In this document: piece by piece, positions 22,584-25,145 of the stretch
Position numbering within the stretch: the stretch's first letter is position 1
Layout of the letters: each line of letters begins with the position of its first letter
From: Octopus sinensis
Taxonomy: Eukaryota
Direction: 5' to 3'
Length of the DNA: 25,145 bases
NCBI RefSeq assembly: GCF_006345805.1
Contig: NW_021827515.1
Coordinates: forward strand, 1 to 25,145
Translations under genes and position numbers: made by a program
Notes under the pieces: generated by a model
The model's database searches: none
What the model was told of the DNA's origin: nothing
The model's input: only the letters and a program-made list of their open reading frames with translations

Positions 22584-23244
22584 ATTTCTTTATTGCCCAC
22601 AAGGGGCTAAACACAGAGGGGACAAACAAGGACAGACAAAGGGATCCAGTCGATTACATCGACCCCAGTGCGTAACTGGTACTTAATTCATCGATCCCGA
22701 AGGGATGAAAGGCAAAGTCGACCTCGGTGGAATTTGAACTCAGAACGTAACGACAGACGAAATTTAGCGGTTTGGCAAAAGAGTCCGATAGAAGAAGTAC
22801 TAGGCTTACAAAGAATAAGTCCAGGGTCGATATATATATATATATATATATATATACGTGAGTGTGTGTGTGTTTATTCATACATACTTGTACTATATAT
22901 ATAAATATATATAATATATATATATTATATATATATATACATACACACACATATAGATAATTACACATAAATATAAACATACTATCATACATATATACAT
23001 ACATACACATACATATATATACATACACGAATGCACAACCTGCTCCATGGATGCAACTGCATGTGTGTATGTATGTATGTATATATGGGTATCAGTTATC
23101 ATGCACCTGGGTGTAGAATTAATCTAAATAATCCAACCCACTCGTTATCGGGTGGTTTTCTTTCATTTCAATTCTTTCCTTCCTTTATCCAGTTTTATGT
23201 TCATTCATTTTTCTTTTATATTTTATTCAATCTGTCTTCTTCAC

Positions 23245-23280
<36 letters not shown>

Positions 23281-23528
23281 ATATCTCTCCTTCTTTATTA
23301 GCTTCTGTCCATCTTTTCAAATTTTTGATTATCTTTATTTTGTCATCACAATTACGATGATGATGGTTGATCATCAACATCATCAAACTACACGGCCATA
23401 TAAACACTTATACACACACAAACCTACACGCACATATTCCAGGTGGTGCTATTAAATTAGACATGGCCGGGCCAACTTCGGCCGAAACTTATCTAAGTAA
23501 TATACACGCATGCATATATGTAGTTATA

Positions 23529-23560
<32 letters not shown>

Positions 23561-23594
23561 GGTATTTATATCTCAGTATATATACATGTATGTT

Positions 23595-23700
23595 TACGAG
23601 GTAGTGCTGAAAAGTTCTTGGGTTTGGGTAAAAGAAAATACAGGGGGATCAGATTCACACAGATCAGATTGCAGCGGTCCTTCAGTTTTCCTAAGTCCTG
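23595..23700 (-). mobile_element. Mariner terminal remnant (TIR plus last transposase codons)
   Basis: TACGAGGTAGTGCTGAAAAGTTC resembles mariner TACGAGGG-type TIRs. The minus strand encodes LGKLKDRCN..CVNL, like a mariner C-terminus. Confidence 0.55.
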
Positions 23701-24127
23701 CCTCCAACGAGGCCTTTTGCAATACCCTTAAAACCAAGAACATTTCAGCAACCTCTCGTTTATATATAAATTTTAATTTGCTTTGCGGGAGCACTGTTTC
23801 ATCGAAAGCGGATCTTGTTAAATGCTCGAAATACGAGAGTAGAGAAACGGCGAACAACTGATGAAGGATCGTTTTTGTTGCCGTACGCATTCGCTAGCTT
23901 TCTTACAAAGGGGTCTAATGCTCTTAGCCTTTTTTGGGGACAACCAGATCGAACCATCTCAAGTGTAACTGTCCGAAATGGTCGTGACTTCTGGTACTCG
24001 ACTGATGAAAGAAAGCCAAGAGTGACCCGTCTTTTTTTGCCTGTAATTCTAATTATTATTTCTCTTCTCCGCTTTGTGTTGTCTATCTATCCGAAAGTTT
24101 TAATGGCCTCTATTCCGTTTTTGTTCC

Positions 24128-24355
24128 ATTGTCAAGCAACGTTGGGGGACAAACACAGACACACAAACACACACACATATATATATACATATATACGAGG
24201 GGCTCCTTTCAGTTTCCGTCTACAAAATCTACTACAAGGCTTTGGTCGGCCGAGGCTATAGTAGAAGACATTGCCCAAAGTACCACACCAGTGGGACTGA
24301 ACCTGGGACCTGTGGTTGGTAGCCGTTACTTACCCACAACAGCACTCCTAAGCCT
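24128..24355 (-). mobile_element. Family 1 SINE: head, internal (TA)/(TG)n and start of the 3' module
   Basis: Reverse complement is colinear with 20038-20320. Confidence 0.85.
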
Positions 24356-24464
24356 ATGGTGTATATATATAATATATATATATATATATACGTATGCATT
24401 CGTATTTCAAGTTTTAACTAAGAGTCCAAACAAATTACATATGACAATCATCTATTCATCAAAA

Positions 24465-25145
24465 TTATGTCCCAAAATATTTCTGTCATCTGTTGCCATG
24501 TTTCTACCAGAAGCTCAATTTTACATTTACCACGTTTGGCTGGTTTACAGGCAAAAAGCTACCTGCACTTGTTTTCAACCTCATCCTCATTGTTGAACTT
24601 CCGTCTGTGTAGGAAATGGGCCATGGCTCAGGAAAGGTAGTAACCTCATGGTGCAAAGTCTGGACAGTAGGCAGGGTTAGATAGCACCTCCACCGCATGA
24701 AGTTTGTGTTTGGTTACACTGGTAGTGTGTGCTAGAGCATTGCCATGCTGTAGGAGTGTGTGTGTCTTTTCGATTAACCAGTGCCAGGTGTTGGGCTTTC
24801 AAAGCATCATACACTTGCTGCAGTTGCTGAGCATAAAGGTTAGTATTCACAACACGACCATCTGGGACAAGCTCAAAGTGCAACACCCTCTCGACATTCT
24901 ACCAAATACACAACATGACCTTCCGTTCAAACCACCATTGTTTGACAACAGGTTCTGAATCTTGGCAAGAATGAAGCCACTGATTTCTTTTCATAGGATT
25001 ATGAAAAGAGATCCATTTTTCATCCCCAGCACCATTCGACACAACTGCCAGCAGTTGTCTACAAATATTCCCAAATCGTTGAGACTGGGCCATTGGGCAG
25101 TTCAGGAGAAGCTTCTCGACAGCGTCTGTTCAAAATGTCGAGTTT
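24465..25145 (-). mobile_element. Decayed mariner transposase fragment, running off the window
   Basis: GDEKWISFHNP, RKVMLCIW, LHFELVPDGRVVNTNLYAQQL, and a PAYCPDFAP-like motif, with stops and frameshifts. Confidence 0.88.

Noticed and set aside
23700-24127. ORFs of 98-148 aa on both strands between the mariner end and a SINE
   Set aside because: No motif I can assign; they run into flanking repeats and are possibly a decayed unknown element.

Overview
Repeat-saturated, AT-rich eukaryotic DNA. The SINE types and extreme microsatellite density suggest a cephalopod (octopus-like) genome; this is an inference from recall, not a database hit. No host gene, rRNA, tRNA gene or CRISPR array can be called confidently, and most ORFs in the supplied track are microsatellite artefacts. 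Supported content: two tRNA-headed SINE families in many copies, two CR1/L2-group LINE 3' fragments, two R4/Dong-type (restriction-like endonuclease) LINE fragments abutting triplet microsatellites, three mariner remnants, a probable Penelope-like end with a degenerate hammerhead, a ~234-bp tandem array (8200-9803) and a ~1.4-kb tandem duplication (20275-22900). The most interesting structure is at 12995-15334. A ~545-bp unit is present as ~2.4 forward then ~1.9 inverted copies between (TA)n tracts. Each complete unit carries a type I hammerhead-ribozyme-like motif on the strand that twin-primed retrotransposition geometry would predict to be the RNA strand, making it a candidate retrozyme-like element. 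Frequent 1-nt indels suggest imperfect sequence polishing, so the repeat structures need read-level confirmation.
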